DNA of 62,971 nucleotides from an uncultured Clostridia bacterium (GTDB lineage Bacteria; Bacillota; Clostridia; Christensenellales; UBA1242): NCBI GenBank assembly GCA_944348085.1, contig CALVMU010000004.1, positions 1 to 62,971 of the forward strand, read 5' to 3'. Shown piece by piece: positions 37,929 to 45,969 of this stretch (position 1 is its first letter; each line of letters starts with the position of its first letter). The notes under the pieces were generated by a model. It saw only the letters and a program-made list of their open reading frames with translations, ran no database searches and was not told where the DNA came from. The position numbers and the translations under genes were made by a program.

Positions 37929-39512
37929 TCAAATATTAACGTTATAAACGGCATAAATTGTAAAGGTTTGAGTATTTGGATTAAAATTATCACCAAAATC
38001 GTAATCAATGCCGTTAAATGAAAGAGCATCTAATGTTAATGGTCTTAAACTATTTAAATTTCTATCAAAGAACTTTACTCCTTGACCATCAATCTGTCCA
38101 GTAGAAAGACCATTAAATTTTGCACCACTAGAACGAGCAGAAGTCAAAGCTTCTTTTTGAGATGTGTTTAACAAAGTATTTAAATCTAAAGTGCAACCAT
38201 AATAATAAGCATCTTCTAAGACGATCGTTCTATAAGTATCTGTTGAATCATAATAGCCAAGCGCTAAGTCATATACTTTTTGTTCAGATTTTAAAACTAT
38301 TGTTGCATCATGATTAATATTCGGAATTTCAAATTGAACGAAATAACTAAAACCACTGTCCATAGGGTATCTTGAACCTGCGCTTATTAGCTTAATCTGG
38401 TCTTTAATATATCCATCATCACCATAAACATAAAGACTATTAACAAAATCAGTAAAATCAAACATATAGCGAATATTCGCCTCAACAACTATACTATTGT
38501 ATCTCTTAGCTTGAATAGTCATTTCTGAAGTATACTCTCCAGTAACAGAACCTATATCTTTACTTATCACATTAAATTTTATTCCTGAATTTTGATTGTC
38601 AATACTACCATCAGATGATGAAATAAACTTAATAATGTTCAAAGACTCTTCAATTTCACCAACATACAAATTTAAATCTTCAGTGATTTTAGTTGAAAAA
38701 TCAAAAACTGAACCATCAGCTGTAAGCCATGTCTCAACTAAAATGCCGACATCTATACCAGGAACACGAATAGGAGGGGTGATTGTTGATCCAACCTTAT
38801 ACACTTGCTTAAGAACAAGTTCGTCTTCATAATAGTAGTTAACAACCTTGAAATCACTCACATCACCACTGCCTTCTTCAATAGAACTATCACTGACAAT
38901 ATCAGTTTGCTCAACTGAAACGACCATTGTGTTTCTTGAAAAATATTTATTCCAATAATCTACTGCAGTTTGTCCACCATCAGTATAAAGCTTAAGCTCT
39001 GCACCTTTATCATAAAAAGCAAATTGAAAATGCAAAGTATCGCTTAAAAGTTCGTCCAATTCTGCATCCATAAAAGTGTAAGAATAGCTACCAAGGACAA
39101 AATCTGAAGAGATTGTTGCTGGACAATAAATTTCATTTACAAACAATCCATAGTTTGCAGTTTCATCCAATTTAATGGAATCGTCAAGATAAATCGTTGT
39201 TGAATATCTATCGTTTAATTCTTGCTGAAGAACCAAATTGTTTAATGTCAAAGAAAATTTATTGTCAGTATCAACTTTTTGGTCAGGCAAAATTATACCG
39301 GAAATATAGCCATAAATGCCGCCCTCTGCATTATAATAGTTATTCAGTTCAACACCACAATAACCAGTAATACCGATAAGGCCGATGCCTAAAAGCGAAA
39401 ATACAAATACACGTGCGCCCTTAACTTTTACACAAAGAATAATTAAACCGATAATGCAAATTACGAGAAGAACGTCATACCAAAATTGAGTATCAAATAA
39501 TAATGACAACAT
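37929..39512 (-). CDS. Membrane-anchored protein with Listeria-Bacteroides (Flg_new) repeat-like segments
   Basis: Two N-terminal TM helices; ETWLTADGSVFDFSTKITEDLNLYV and the C-terminal ...TFTIYAVYNV resemble Flg_new repeats. Confidence 0.55.
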   Translation of the reverse strand: MLSLLFDTQFWYDVLLVICIIGLIILCVKVKGARVFVFSLLGIGLIGITGYCGVELNNYYNAEGGIYGYISGIILPDQKVDTDNKFSLTLNNLVLQQELNDRYSTTIYLDDSIKLDETANYGLFVNEIYCPATISSDFVLGSYSYTFMDAELDELLSDTLHFQFAFYDKGAELKLYTDGGQTAVDYWNKYFSRNTMVVSVEQTDIVSDSSIEEGSGDVSDFKVVNYYYEDELVLKQVYKVGSTITPPIRVPGIDVGILVETWLTADGSVFDFSTKITEDLNLYVGEIEESLNIIKFISSSDGSIDNQNSGIKFNVISKDIGSVTGEYTSEMTIQAKRYNSIVVEANIRYMFDFTDFVNSLYVYGDDGYIKDQIKLISAGSRYPMDSGFSYFVQFEIPNINHDATIVLKSEQKVYDLALGYYDSTDTYRTIVLEDAYYYGCTLDLNTLLNTSQKEALTSARSSGAKFNGLSTGQIDGQGVKFFDRNLNSLRPLTLDALSFNGIDYDFGDNFNPNTQTFTIYAVYNVNI

Positions 39513-40837
39513 TAGGCTACCTCCAATTCAATAGGCCCTGAAGAACTTTCGACTGAAAGAACCATAAAATCTGACAGACCAGAATCAGCTGTAAAACCAA
39601 CAAAAGTCATTCCTAGTTCAGAAAGGGCAGTTTCATCAATAAAAATTGATAAAATAATTGAATTTGATTTTGACAAATAAATGTCTTTAAATTCTTGTTT
39701 AAGTTTTAGCGCAAACTTATTGTCAATTACCTTAACATAATCAAAATCATATATATCAACATTTATCAATTGTCGGCCTGCAAAATAATCACCAGAGGAT
39801 GAACCTGAACCATCAAGTGAATATGTAGAACTACCATGCAGAACACCAAACATGCTATCTTGAGCATTCTTTGCGCCATTTGCAGAAACAGTCACTTTAA
39901 TTGAATAATATGAACGCATATTTTGTTTAACTTTCAAACTGTCTTCTTGGTTAAGCTGAACGCCACTTGTCATATCATCTTCTGAACCGTAATAGTTAAA
40001 AATATCTGCAAATTCAAATACATAAGTGCCATTTGTGCCAGCAGGTAAAGCTTGAATTTGCTCATATAAAATATAAGCAAGATAGTCAACATTGTAATTG
40101 TTATAAAAATTATTTCTACCTGCATTAACAACTGCATTCTTGTCACCTTCAAAATCTTCAGGCCCCGAAAAATCAGAAGCTGAAACATAATCGGCGCCTT
40201 TAAATTGAATATACACAGGGTCTTCTTCACCACCAAAATTAGCAATAATATAAGAGTCTTCTGTTAATGGATTAGAAGAACCTGTTGTATCATCATTAGA
40301 AAATTGCTGATAATTATATCTGGAAGCACCTTCAAAAATAGTTGGGGACATATAACGAGCAATCCATTCTTTATACCAAAACAATGCTCCAGTTTGCCAA
40401 AAACGATCAGAAACAGAATTCATATTTCCAATAAGTGATTCAAACTCATCTACACCAGAAATACCAAAATCTGAAAAAGATCCTTTTAAGACTTGAAAAT
40501 AATCTTTAATAGTGAACCACTTTATTTTATCAGTAGGAGAATCAGCAACATATTGGACGCCTTGTGAATAAAAATCTGTTTGAGAACCGTCAGTAAAACC
40601 ATTAATTTTAACCTCAAACAATTCAAGACCTTGACCATCTGCGTTTTGATTATATTGAACCTCAATTATATTGCGAGTCTCGCCAGAAGCATTTTCAAGC
40701 TCTCCAACATAAAATGTGTTAGTTACAAATTTTTCTTTGCCAAAAACTGCAATATAGGCATACCAGAAAATGACACCAAGACAGAGAGTTAAAACCAAAA
40801 CAAGCGCAATTATTCCAACAATTTTTCCTTTACTCAT
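39512..40837 (-). CDS. N-terminally anchored large prophage protein (441 aa from MSKGKIVG)
   Basis: GAGGT RBS, a single N-terminal TM helix, and a stop overlapping the next start. Confidence 0.5.
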   Translation of the reverse strand: MSKGKIVGIIALVLVLTLCLGVIFWYAYIAVFGKEKFVTNTFYVGELENASGETRNIIEVQYNQNADGQGLELFEVKINGFTDGSQTDFYSQGVQYVADSPTDKIKWFTIKDYFQVLKGSFSDFGISGVDEFESLIGNMNSVSDRFWQTGALFWYKEWIARYMSPTIFEGASRYNYQQFSNDDTTGSSNPLTEDSYIIANFGGEEDPVYIQFKGADYVSASDFSGPEDFEGDKNAVVNAGRNNFYNNYNVDYLAYILYEQIQALPAGTNGTYVFEFADIFNYYGSEDDMTSGVQLNQEDSLKVKQNMRSYYSIKVTVSANGAKNAQDSMFGVLHGSSTYSLDGSGSSSGDYFAGRQLINVDIYDFDYVKVIDNKFALKLKQEFKDIYLSKSNSIILSIFIDETALSELGMTFVGFTADSGLSDFMVLSVESSSGPIELEVA

Positions 40838-40954
40838 AATTTTAACCTCAAATAACACCTTTTATGAATAAACCAAAACTTGCTAGCAATATTATTAAAA
40901 TCAATATTTTAAATATTATTTTTATCATAAAAAATGTTTCCTTTTTCGACTTTT

Positions 40955-40990
40955 AATAAAAAAAATAAAGGAGAAAAGGGGAAATCCCCC
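40955..40990 (-). terminator. Rho-independent terminator after the small TM protein gene
   Basis: Minus-sense GGGG-attt-CCCC followed by TTTTCTCCTTTATTTTTTTT. Confidence 0.55.
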
Positions 40991-41011
40991 AACCCCCTTT
41001 ATTTATTGAAA

Positions 41012-41239
41012 TTATTTAATAAAATGCAACACGGTTGTTGTCTGTTGAACAGCTTCAGCACCTTCTTCCAATTTATCTGGAGTGAACCAGGTTTGCAGTG
41101 TTTCAACAAAGGTCGTGCCTTCACAACCACCATAAATCAACACTGCAAGGCAGAACAATGCTGCAAGAACAAAAACAGACAATACAACATAACTAATCAC
41201 TTTCAACCATGTAGGCGAGCCGTAATTATATCTAACCAT
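41012..41239 (-). CDS. Small single-TM protein (candidate major coat protein, atypical charge layout)
   Basis: 75 aa with the TM helix WLKVISYVVLSVFVLAALFCLAVLIYGG. Its position (after an ssb-like ORF, before a terminator and large adsorption genes) mirrors Ff gVIII. Confidence 0.35.
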   Translation of the reverse strand: MVRYNYGSPTWLKVISYVVLSVFVLAALFCLAVLIYGGCEGTTFVETLQTWFTPDKLEEGAEAVQQTTTVLHFIK

Positions 41240-41254
41240 TTATTTTTTATCTCC

Positions 41255-41605
41255 CTATTTATTTTTTTCTACCAAAACACATGACTCAGGTCTAGGAACC
41301 AATTCACCAGTATTCTTTCCATTTTCATATTTGTTAGAAAGAATATATTTTACTCGTACCCAATCACCAAATTTAGCTTTGTCATATGTTTCCTTGTCAA
41401 CGTTGTATTTTAAACGAACACCATTTGGAATTCCTGTAATTTTATCGAAATCATCTTCATCACACGAAATTACATCAAAATAATACTCTTCAGGCTTAGC
41501 CTCCCATTTTCTCGAACCATCAAAACTTACACCAGCCTCTCTTGCTTTCGTAAAACTTTTTGCAATAATCATTCCGATTTCTCTAATAGGTTTATTTTCT
41601 AACAT
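41255..41605 (-). CDS. Hypothetical protein (116 aa), positional candidate for ssDNA-binding protein
   Basis: ATG at 41605 after GAGGAA; positional analogy to Ff gV only. Confidence 0.35.
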   Translation of the reverse strand: MLENKPIREIGMIIAKSFTKAREAGVSFDGSRKWEAKPEEYYFDVISCDEDDFDKITGIPNGVRLKYNVDKETYDKAKFGDWVRVKYILSNKYENGKNTGELVPRPESCVLVEKNK

Positions 41606-41826
41606 TTTTAATTTCCTCACTTTTAACTTTTCAAAATTTAATTTATTAATATCTTTTTAAATTTTCACAGTAAATCTTTACAAAAACCAACTTAAACTAT
41701 TGATTATGTGCGGGGACGCATTGCCTCGACTTACAGTTTATTAAATTGTATTTTTCTGCACCCAACGCGAACGCGGAGGTATGCAGAAGAAGACGAACGC
41801 TAAAATTTTTGCGACGTCGAAAATTT

Positions 41827-42021
41827 TTATTTAAATTGGGAATTATAGGCCTTTGCATTATCTCTTCTAGCAGCAAGATAGCCAGCTCTATATGCCATAT
41901 CGGTTGTTGTCAAAGGTCTATTTGTCTCACGAACAACACCACTTTTCATCTGCCGAGCATATCTTTTCGCTTTTTCTGACGGATTGCGCAAAATAAATCC
42001 CGATTTTAATTTAACAGCCAA
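41827..42021 (-). CDS. Small basic protein (64 aa, TTG start)
   Basis: AAAGGAG RBS 7 nt before TTG; Arg/Lys-rich. Confidence 0.35.
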   Translation of the reverse strand: MAVKLKSGFILRNPSEKAKRYARQMKSGVVRETNRPLTTTDMAYRAGYLAARRDNAKAYNSQFK

Positions 42022-42083
42022 AAATAACTCCTTTTAATTAAATTTTTGTAATCTAGTTATCGACTTTTAATCTAGTAATAATG

Positions 42084-42243
42084 GACTATGGCCTGGGGAC
42101 TTCAACCCCAGGATGAACAGACAGCACTAAATCAGTTCAGGGTAGGAGGCGTTGTGGAAAAAGCTAATCAGTACCTATAGGAGTTTAATATATGTCATTC
42201 ATGCTTAACCCCGCGTTTGTTTGAGAATTTCGCCACCATAGTC
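42084..42243. other. GC-enriched non-coding segment with long-range closing stem
   Basis: GACTATGG (42084-42091) pairs with CCATAGTC (42236-42243). Internal 7-bp hairpin CCTGGGG-acttcaa-CCCCAGG (42092-42112). No ORF longer than 12 codons. Confidence 0.3.
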
Positions 42244-42245
42244 AT

Positions 42246-42371
42246 TTAATAAGGCAATGAAGAATCTACCTTTAAAAGTCTTTCTTTTAGACGCGCATTC
42301 TCTTTAAGCAATCTCTTATTTGATTTTCGAAGAGAATCACACTCTAATATCAAATCCTTTATTGCGCCCAT
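42246..42371 (-). CDS. Hypothetical small coiled-coil protein (41 aa, not in track)
   Basis: Hand translation MGAIKDLILECDSLRKSNKRLLKENARLKERLLKVDSSLPY; the start lies 1 nt after the upstream stop. Confidence 0.25.
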   Translation of the reverse strand: MGAIKDLILECDSLRKSNKRLLKENARLKERLLKVDSSLPY

Positions 42372-42372
42372 A

Positions 42373-42495
42373 TCACACTCCAATTACTTGGTATTCAATC
42401 CCAGCAACTTTGAAAGCAGTTACCTTTCTAAGCATAGACGATAGGTCTGGGCATTCATAACATGCATTTTTTGTTTTAACCAAATACTTTTTCAT
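42373..42495 (-). CDS. Hypothetical small protein with CxxC (40 aa, not in track)
   Basis: MKKYLVKTKNACYECPDLSSMLRKVTAFKVAGIEYQVIGV with a GGAGGA RBS. Confidence 0.3.
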   Translation of the reverse strand: MKKYLVKTKNACYECPDLSSMLRKVTAFKVAGIEYQVIGV

Positions 42496-42598
42496 TTCTC
42501 TTTTCCTCCATTCTTTCTTTAAATTTAATTTCTTGCATAAATCGACTGTAACTTACTTGTCGCGCACCGATGAAAAATTTTGCCATGTGTAAAATCAT
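42476..42598 (-). CDS. Small Cro/Xis-like candidate (40 aa, not in track)
   Basis: MILHMAKFFIGARQVSYSRFMQEIKFKERM... after a GGGAGG RBS; first gene divergent from the XRE repressor. Confidence 0.3.
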   Translation of the reverse strand: MILHMAKFFIGARQVSYSRFMQEIKFKERMEEKRNEKVFG

Positions 42599-42614
42599 TT
42601 TGAACCTCCCTTCA

Positions 42615-42665
42615 ATCTAACAATTTGTTAGATTACACCTTAAGTATAACAACAAATTGTTAGAA
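42615..42665. promoter_or_regulatory. Operator palindromes of the prophage switch
   Basis: Perfect 19-bp palindrome ATCTAACAATTTGTTAGAT (42615-42633) and a related copy AACAACAAATTGTTAGA (42649-42665) between divergent genes. Confidence 0.6.
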
Positions 42666-42769
42666 TGTCAAACAAAATTATAACAAAAAATTAGATTTTT
42701 TAATTTTTTTTTATAAATATTGAAAATTTATTCATAAAATGTTATTTTACATAATAGGAGGTAAAAAAA

Positions 42770-43108
42770 ATGAGATTAAAAGAACTAAGATTAAAAAACA
42801 ATCTAACACAAGAAGATATTGCAAAAAAGATTAATAAATCTGCAGTTGCTTATGGCTATTATGAATCAGGAAGAAATGAACCCGATTTAAAAACATTACT
42901 AACACTAGCAGACTTTTATCATGTAACAATCGACTACCTTGTCGAACATGAAGTTCCTTATCTGATTGATAAGAGTGCTTGGCCAGAAAGCAAAAGAGAA
43001 TTGTTAAACATGATTGCAGAACTTGACGACTTTGAAAGCGAAAAAATAAAGGGCATTATTGTCGGCTACACACAGGCACAAAAAGAAAAACCAAAAATTA
43101 TTAACTAA
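42770..43108 (+). CDS. XRE-family HTH repressor
   Basis: MRLKELRLKNNLTQEDIAKKINKSAVAYGYYESGRNEPDLKTLLTLADFYHVTIDYL is a canonical HTH_3 fold. Confidence 0.8.
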   Translation: MRLKELRLKNNLTQEDIAKKINKSAVAYGYYESGRNEPDLKTLLTLADFYHVTIDYLVEHEVPYLIDKSAWPESKRELLNMIAELDDFESEKIKGIIVGYTQAQKEKPKIIN

Positions 43109-43318
43109 AGGAGAAATAAATGATGACATTTTATGAATATATAAAAACACAATGACGAAATTAAAAAGCATACAGAATGTATCGACACAGCACTAGAGAC
43201 ATATTTCAAAGTTAAAAACCCTTACAGCTATAATAATGAAGAATACAAAAAAGCTGAAAAGGGAGAGATAATCGAATTTGAAACAAACAAAGAAATTTTT
43301 CTTCCAAAAGAAGAAAAT

Positions 43319-44317
43319 ATGAATTATAAAAGCTACAAAAATATAAAAATAACAAAACGAAAAGACAATCGTTGGCAAGCCAGATTTTCAATTAATGGCG
43401 AAAGAAAATATATTTATGGCAATACACAAAAAGAATGTTATGAAAACTTAAAACAGGTTTTTGAAATAAAACAAATAAAAATTGAAAAAACTATAAGTTT
43501 TTACGAATTCTGGGACTGGTGGTATAAAAATCACAAAGAACCTTTTTACAAAGAAGGGACTTTAAAAAATTACAGAAGTGTTTTTAACAATCAGATAAGA
43601 CCAAATTTTCCAGATAAAAACATAAAACAAATTACAGCGCTTGAAATCAACAACTTTTTAAACAAGATGCCAAACACGAGAATGAAAGAATATACTTATC
43701 AGTTTTTAAAAGAAATTTTCAAACAAGCATACAAAGATAAAAAAGTGAAATTTGACATTTCTGACGATATCAAAAAATATCACCATAAACGAAAAGAGGG
43801 CACTGCTCTTTCAGTTGAACAAAGAAAAACAATTATTGAAAAAGCAGAAAAAACTATCTATGACATTTTTATATTTTATCTATTTACTGGATGCAGACCA
43901 AAAGAAGCTTTAATAGTAAAAGCAAATGATTTTGAAGATGGCCTGCTACACATAAAAGGAACAAAAACGGCCGGTTCTGATAGATGGATTCCAGTTTTTG
44001 AACCTATAAAAAAGTTGTACGAAAAATATAAAAATACAAAAACTGAAACTCTTTTCGGAATTTCTGACACAACGCTAAAAAGAAGACTTGCAGATTTCAA
44101 GAAAATTTGCGGATTTGATTTCAAGACGAAAGACTTAAGAACAACCTTTGCTACAATGTGCGCTGAAAAAGGAATTGCACCAAGAATAATTGCAAAATGG
44201 TTAGGGCACACAACAACTCAAACAACCAATAAATATTACATTAAAGTTCTAGACAACTTTGAAAAAGAGCAAATAAAACTGCTTGACACCACTTTTGACC
44301 CCACAAAAGAGGTATAA
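43319..44317 (+). CDS. Tyrosine-type site-specific integrase
   Basis: 332 aa with TGCRPKEAL (Arg I), a LRTTFAT...WLGHTTTQTTNKYY box II (H-x-x-R...Y), and an N-terminal SAM-like domain. Adjacent to attR. Confidence 0.85.
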   Translation: MNYKSYKNIKITKRKDNRWQARFSINGERKYIYGNTQKECYENLKQVFEIKQIKIEKTISFYEFWDWWYKNHKEPFYKEGTLKNYRSVFNNQIRPNFPDKNIKQITALEINNFLNKMPNTRMKEYTYQFLKEIFKQAYKDKKVKFDISDDIKKYHHKRKEGTALSVEQRKTIIEKAEKTIYDIFIFYLFTGCRPKEALIVKANDFEDGLLHIKGTKTAGSDRWIPVFEPIKKLYEKYKNTKTETLFGISDTTLKRRLADFKKICGFDFKTKDLRTTFATMCAEKGIAPRIIAKWLGHTTTQTTNKYYIKVLDNFEKEQIKLLDTTFDPTKEV

Positions 44318-44418
44318 TTTTAGGTAAATAAAAAAGTGCAACACAATATATTGTGCTACACTTTAAACAAAATACCATATATATTGTAGAAACACAACAG
44401 AGCAAATGCTTTGCATTT

Positions 44419-44463
44419 CTCATAACCCGAAGGTCGTTGGTTCAAATCCAACTCCCGCAACCA
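44419..44463 (+). repeat. attR core (duplicate of tRNA-fMet 3' 45 nt)
   Basis: Identical to 30522-30566; no tRNA 5' half upstream. Confidence 0.9.
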
Positions 44464-44812
44464 GAGAATGAGAAAAGCCCGAAAGGGCTTTTTTCTTCGG
44501 GTTATATGGAGCGACAGCGGAATATAACCTGCGTTGTCGGGAGTGGAGCAAAATGATTTCCGCAACCAGAGAAGGAGAAAAGCCCGAAAGGGCTTTTTTC
44601 TTCGGGTTATATGGAGCGATAGCGGAATATAACCTGCGTTGTCGGGAGTGGAGCAAAACGATTTCCGCAACCAGAGAAGGAGAAAAGCCCGAAAGGGCTT
44701 TTTTCTTCGGGTTATATGGAGCGACAGCGGAATATAACCTGCGTTGTCGGGAGTGGAACAAAGCGATCCCGCAACCAGAGAATGAGAAAAGCCCGAAAGG
44801 GCTTTTTTCTTC
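44464..44812. repeat. Tandem 104-105-bp units x3.3: terminator hairpin plus degenerate tRNA-fMet 3' portion
   Basis: Units span 44464-44568, 44569-44673 and 44674-44777, plus a partial unit. Each has AAGCCC-GAAA-GGGCTTTTTT and ends (T/C)CCGCAACCA, with an internal AATATAACC that resembles the anticodon loop CTCATAACC. Confidence 0.85.
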
Positions 44813-44866
44813 AAAAATTTTATAAAAAGTATTGACTTTTAATAAAAAATATTGTATATTATTAAT

Positions 44867-44930
44867 AATTCAACCAAGCCCAAAAGGCGATTATCTTGTG
44901 GAAACACAGCTCGGGGGTTGAATTTTTTTA
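44867..44930 (+). ncRNA. Candidate structured small RNA, copy 2 (orphan)
   Basis: Promoter TTGACT (44832-44837), 17 nt, TATATT (44855-44860). P1 TTCAACC/GGTTGAA, P2 GCC-caaaa-GGC, P3 TGTG-GAAA-CACA, then T7. Confidence 0.55.
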
Positions 44931-45035
44931 TTTAAATTTTTTGTTATACTTTTTAATTTTGTATTTTGTTTTTCTTGAAAACCTAAAATTATTAAGTTTT
45001 TCTTCGCCAAATTGCTCTTCATTTTGCCAAAATGT
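44928..45035 (-). pseudogene. 3' fragment of a homolog of the 112-aa prophage ORF
   Basis: The minus frame reads ...WQNEEQFGEEKLNNFRFSRKTKYKIKKYNKKFK*, versus ...WQKEEQFGREKLNNFRFSKETRKKIKKYNKRFK* at 32724-32830. No in-frame start. Confidence 0.7.
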
Positions 45036-45103
45036 TTTTATTCCTCCATAAAAATTTTATAAAGAGTATTGATTTTTTTAAATATTTAAAATATAATAAT
45101 TAT

Positions 45104-45173
45104 AGAAATTCCATTAGTCATTAAGTTGACTTCTTGTGGTAACACAGCGCGGGTATGGAATTTCTTTTTTTTT
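45104..45173 (+). ncRNA. Candidate structured small RNA, copy 3 (orphan, divergent sequence, same fold)
   Basis: Promoter TTGATT (45069-45074), 17 nt, TATAAT (45092-45097). P1 GAAATTCCAT/ATGGAATTTC, P2 AGTCA-ttaagt-TGACT, P3 TGTG-GTAA-CACA, then a T-run. Confidence 0.55.
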
Positions 45174-45227
45174 ATTTTTTTATTAAAATTTATTGAATTT
45201 TTTATTGAAATTTGTTAAAATTTAGTT

Positions 45228-45953
45228 ATGAATAGCGAATGTAAATTTTTAATTGAAATTGTTAAAGAAGCCTCCACATTGTTAAATAATCATTTTGAGG
45301 TTTTTAAAAAGGGTGAGGACGGAGACCTCGTGACCAATCTTGATTTTATGATTGAAAAATTTTTGACGCAAAAAATCAAGGAAAAATATCCTGATTTTGA
45401 CATTGTTGGAGAGGAGTTCAATTCAAAAGCAAGAACAAATCAAAATTGGTTTACTATAGATCCAATTGATGGAACAATAAATTTTGCGCATGGATTTCCA
45501 CTTTGGGCAATTCAGGTGGCTTGTGTGAAAAATGGCAAAACAGTTGCTGGCGTTATCTATGCTCCAGAGTTTGACGAACTTTATTATGCTGATGAGACAG
45601 GTGCTTATTTAAACGGCGAAAAACTATCATTAAAGCCACTGCCTGTAAATCAATCGCTCACCATGGTTTTGGGCAAAAATTTCTACCCTAAAATGCTGGC
45701 TGATGGAAGAGAGCAGTTTATAAAAACACGAGATATTTTTTGTGGTGCGCTTTCTTATGCCTATTTTGTTTCAGGAAAAATGCAAGCGCTTGCGATTGAC
45801 ATTGACTTGGCACCTTGGGACAAAACGCCAGGAGATTTGATGTGTGAGCAAATTGGTGCATATAAATTCAAAAAGGGTGACCTTACAATTTACAGTTCAA
45901 GTCAAGAATACTTGGATGAAATTTTACGGCAAATTGGAGAAAAAAATAACTAG
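45228..45953 (+). CDS. Inositol monophosphatase family protein
   Basis: 241 aa with the motifs GEE, WFTIDPIDGTINF and a WD..(A/P)G-like C-terminal part. Confidence 0.75.
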   Translation: MNSECKFLIEIVKEASTLLNNHFEVFKKGEDGDLVTNLDFMIEKFLTQKIKEKYPDFDIVGEEFNSKARTNQNWFTIDPIDGTINFAHGFPLWAIQVACVKNGKTVAGVIYAPEFDELYYADETGAYLNGEKLSLKPLPVNQSLTMVLGKNFYPKMLADGREQFIKTRDIFCGALSYAYFVSGKMQALAIDIDLAPWDKTPGDLMCEQIGAYKFKKGDLTIYSSSQEYLDEILRQIGEKNN

Positions 45954-45969
45954 AACAGTTTTGTTCTAG

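Larger units (their letters stand above)
30522..44463. mobile_element. Integrated inovirus-like (filamentous ssDNA phage-like) prophage in tRNA-fMet
   Basis: Perfect 45-bp direct repeat (30522-30566 = 44419-44463). Contains a tyrosine integrase, an XRE switch, a HUH Rep with a YVKKY active site, a Zot-like ATPase and Ff-like gene order, with a terminator after a small TM protein. Confidence 0.7.
44813..45190. mobile_element. Decayed remnant of a second, related inovirus-like element
   Basis: Paralogs of the 32597-32830 segment: two promoter+sRNA cassettes and a 3' fragment of the 112-aa ORF homolog, joined by deletions. Confidence 0.6.

Noticed and set aside
44464-44777. Pseudo-tRNA units as functional tRNA genes
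   Set aside because: There is no 5' acceptor strand complementary to the CCGCA end. The D and T arms are not foldable, the anticodon-loop-like sequence is mutated, and every unit is preceded by a strong terminator with no promoter.
44356-44825. Long ORFs (152, 113, 90, 67 aa) and a possible CRISPR-like array across the 105-bp repeats
   Set aside because: The ORFs exist only because the tandem units lack stops, and their peptides are repeat translations. The units are contiguous with no unique spacers and each contains a terminator, so this is neither coding sequence nor a CRISPR array.
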